Made by a program: the position numbers and the translations under genes. Positions 62,129 through 63,325 of a DNA stretch of 63,325 nucleotides are shown here, in pieces (the first letter of the stretch is position 1; each line of letters opens with the position of its first letter). The notes beneath the pieces are model-generated. The model had not been told where the DNA came from, searched no databases, and saw nothing but the letters and a program-made list of their open reading frames with translations. This stretch comes from Cyanobacteriota bacterium. GTDB lineage: Bacteria > Cyanobacteriota > Cyanobacteriia > Cyanobacteriales > Nostocaceae. The DNA is taken from contig JBJOKS010000028.1 in NCBI GenBank assembly GCA_046045965.1, positions 1 to 63,325 of the forward strand, read 5' to 3'.

Positions 62129-62998
62129 ATGAATAAATGTGAACCTCTGGCAATCGCATATTTAGGACCTCCTGGAACTTACTCGGAACAAGCTGCTTCT
62201 TTTTATCTGAATTGGCTAAAAAGCAATCAAGAGATAGAAGCTACCTTATCGGCTTATCCTACCATTGCCAAATCATTACAAGCGGTAGCTACAGAACAAG
62301 CTGATATAGCTGTTGTGCCTGTGGAAAATTCTATTGAAGGCAGTGTCAGCATGACAATGGATAGCCTCTGGCAGTTAGACAGCTTGCGAATAAAACTGGC
62401 TTTGGTTCTACCAATCAATCACGCTTTAATTTCCTGTGCTAATAAATTAGAAAATATTAAAACAGTGTATTCTCATCCCCAAGCACTAGCACAATGTCAA
62501 GGATGGTTGGCCAAATTTCTTCCCAATGCCAATTTAATAGCCAGAAATTCTACCACTGAAGCACTACAAGGACTACCACAAGCACCGGAAACAGCAGCAA
62601 TTTCTTCTCAGAGAGCCGCGCAACTTTATAATTTACCTATTCTCGCTAGTGGAATTAACGACTATCCCGAAAACTGTACACGCTTTTGGGTGGTGGCTCC
62701 ACAAAGTACGGAAAATTATTTTTCCACCCCTACTCACACTTCCTTGGCTTTTAGTGTACCGGCAAATGTCCCTGGTGCATTAGTTAAAGCTTTAGAAGTA
62801 TTTGCTCATCTAGGTATTAATCTGAGTAGAATTGAATCTCGTCCTACTAAGCGTTCCTTGGGAGAATATTTATTTTTCCTGGATGTGGAAGCAGCAGTAA
62901 ATTCACCTTTAATGGCATCAGCTTTAGCAGAATTACACAGTTATACGGAAGTGCTAAAAATTTTCGGTAGTTATAGTGTCTTGACAGTGAGCGACTAA
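62129..62998 (+). CDS. pheA: Prephenate dehydratase
   Basis: YLGPPGTYSE, PVENSIEG, SHPQAL, NCTRF and IESRP motifs. Confidence 0.96.
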   Translation: MNKCEPLAIAYLGPPGTYSEQAASFYLNWLKSNQEIEATLSAYPTIAKSLQAVATEQADIAVVPVENSIEGSVSMTMDSLWQLDSLRIKLALVLPINHALISCANKLENIKTVYSHPQALAQCQGWLAKFLPNANLIARNSTTEALQGLPQAPETAAISSQRAAQLYNLPILASGINDYPENCTRFWVVAPQSTENYFSTPTHTSLAFSVPANVPGALVKALEVFAHLGINLSRIESRPTKRSLGEYLFFLDVEAAVNSPLMASALAELHSYTEVLKIFGSYSVLTVSD

Positions 62999-63325
62999 TA
63001 TCCTATCTAACTAATAACTTGATCATATGTTTTGGCTGCTAATTGATTTTTGCGAATTAAGGCTTGCTGAATCAACCCAAGAGCCTGATAAATCAAAGGT
63101 TTGAAGCTCATAAAAAAGAGGGGAGATGCTTTCGTTATAGCGTCTTGTGTCTGAAAAACTTTGCACTTTTGTGAGCAGCCAGAGATGAAAAAATGTTTTT
63201 TAGGAGTTACGCATTGACAAAAAAACTAATTCATGTAGATTAAGCACCATAAGCATTGGTAAGATTGTCCACAATGTAGTCGCGGACAACTAAAGTGAAT
63301 AAGTTTCTCTGCACTTCATACCAAT

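Overview
AT-rich chromosomal segment from a filamentous heterocyst-forming cyanobacterium (Nostocales-like). Supporting signals are >30 HIP1 octamers (GCGATCGC), 7-bp STRR arrays, and natC-natA near pgi, hemA-glpX, nrrA and rne-rnhB-pheA. Most of the window is housekeeping and signalling genes. Several accessory patches interrupt it. (1) A ~6.2 kb HIP1-poor island (8620-14799) is bracketed by inverted copies of a 64-66 bp palindromic element. It holds a VapC-type TA pair, a DUF5678-like/retropepsin gene pair and a three-gene operon: winged-helix-like protein, BrxD-like P-loop ATPase, and DUF1802-like/PD-(D/E)xK nuclease fusion. That operon is the best candidate for an undescribed anti-phage or restriction system. 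(2) A Uma2/HicAB/RelE-like cluster surrounds natCA. (3) A persulfide dioxygenase-rhodanese-TauE-ArsR cassette lacks SQR. (4) A MATE-like gene is stranded between remnants of a cysteine-synthase-family gene and a sensor kinase. (5) Many very small mobile repeats occur, some nested in each other or inserted in frame in core genes. No CRISPR array, tRNA or rRNA was seen. All family calls come from motif recognition by eye; no database search was run.
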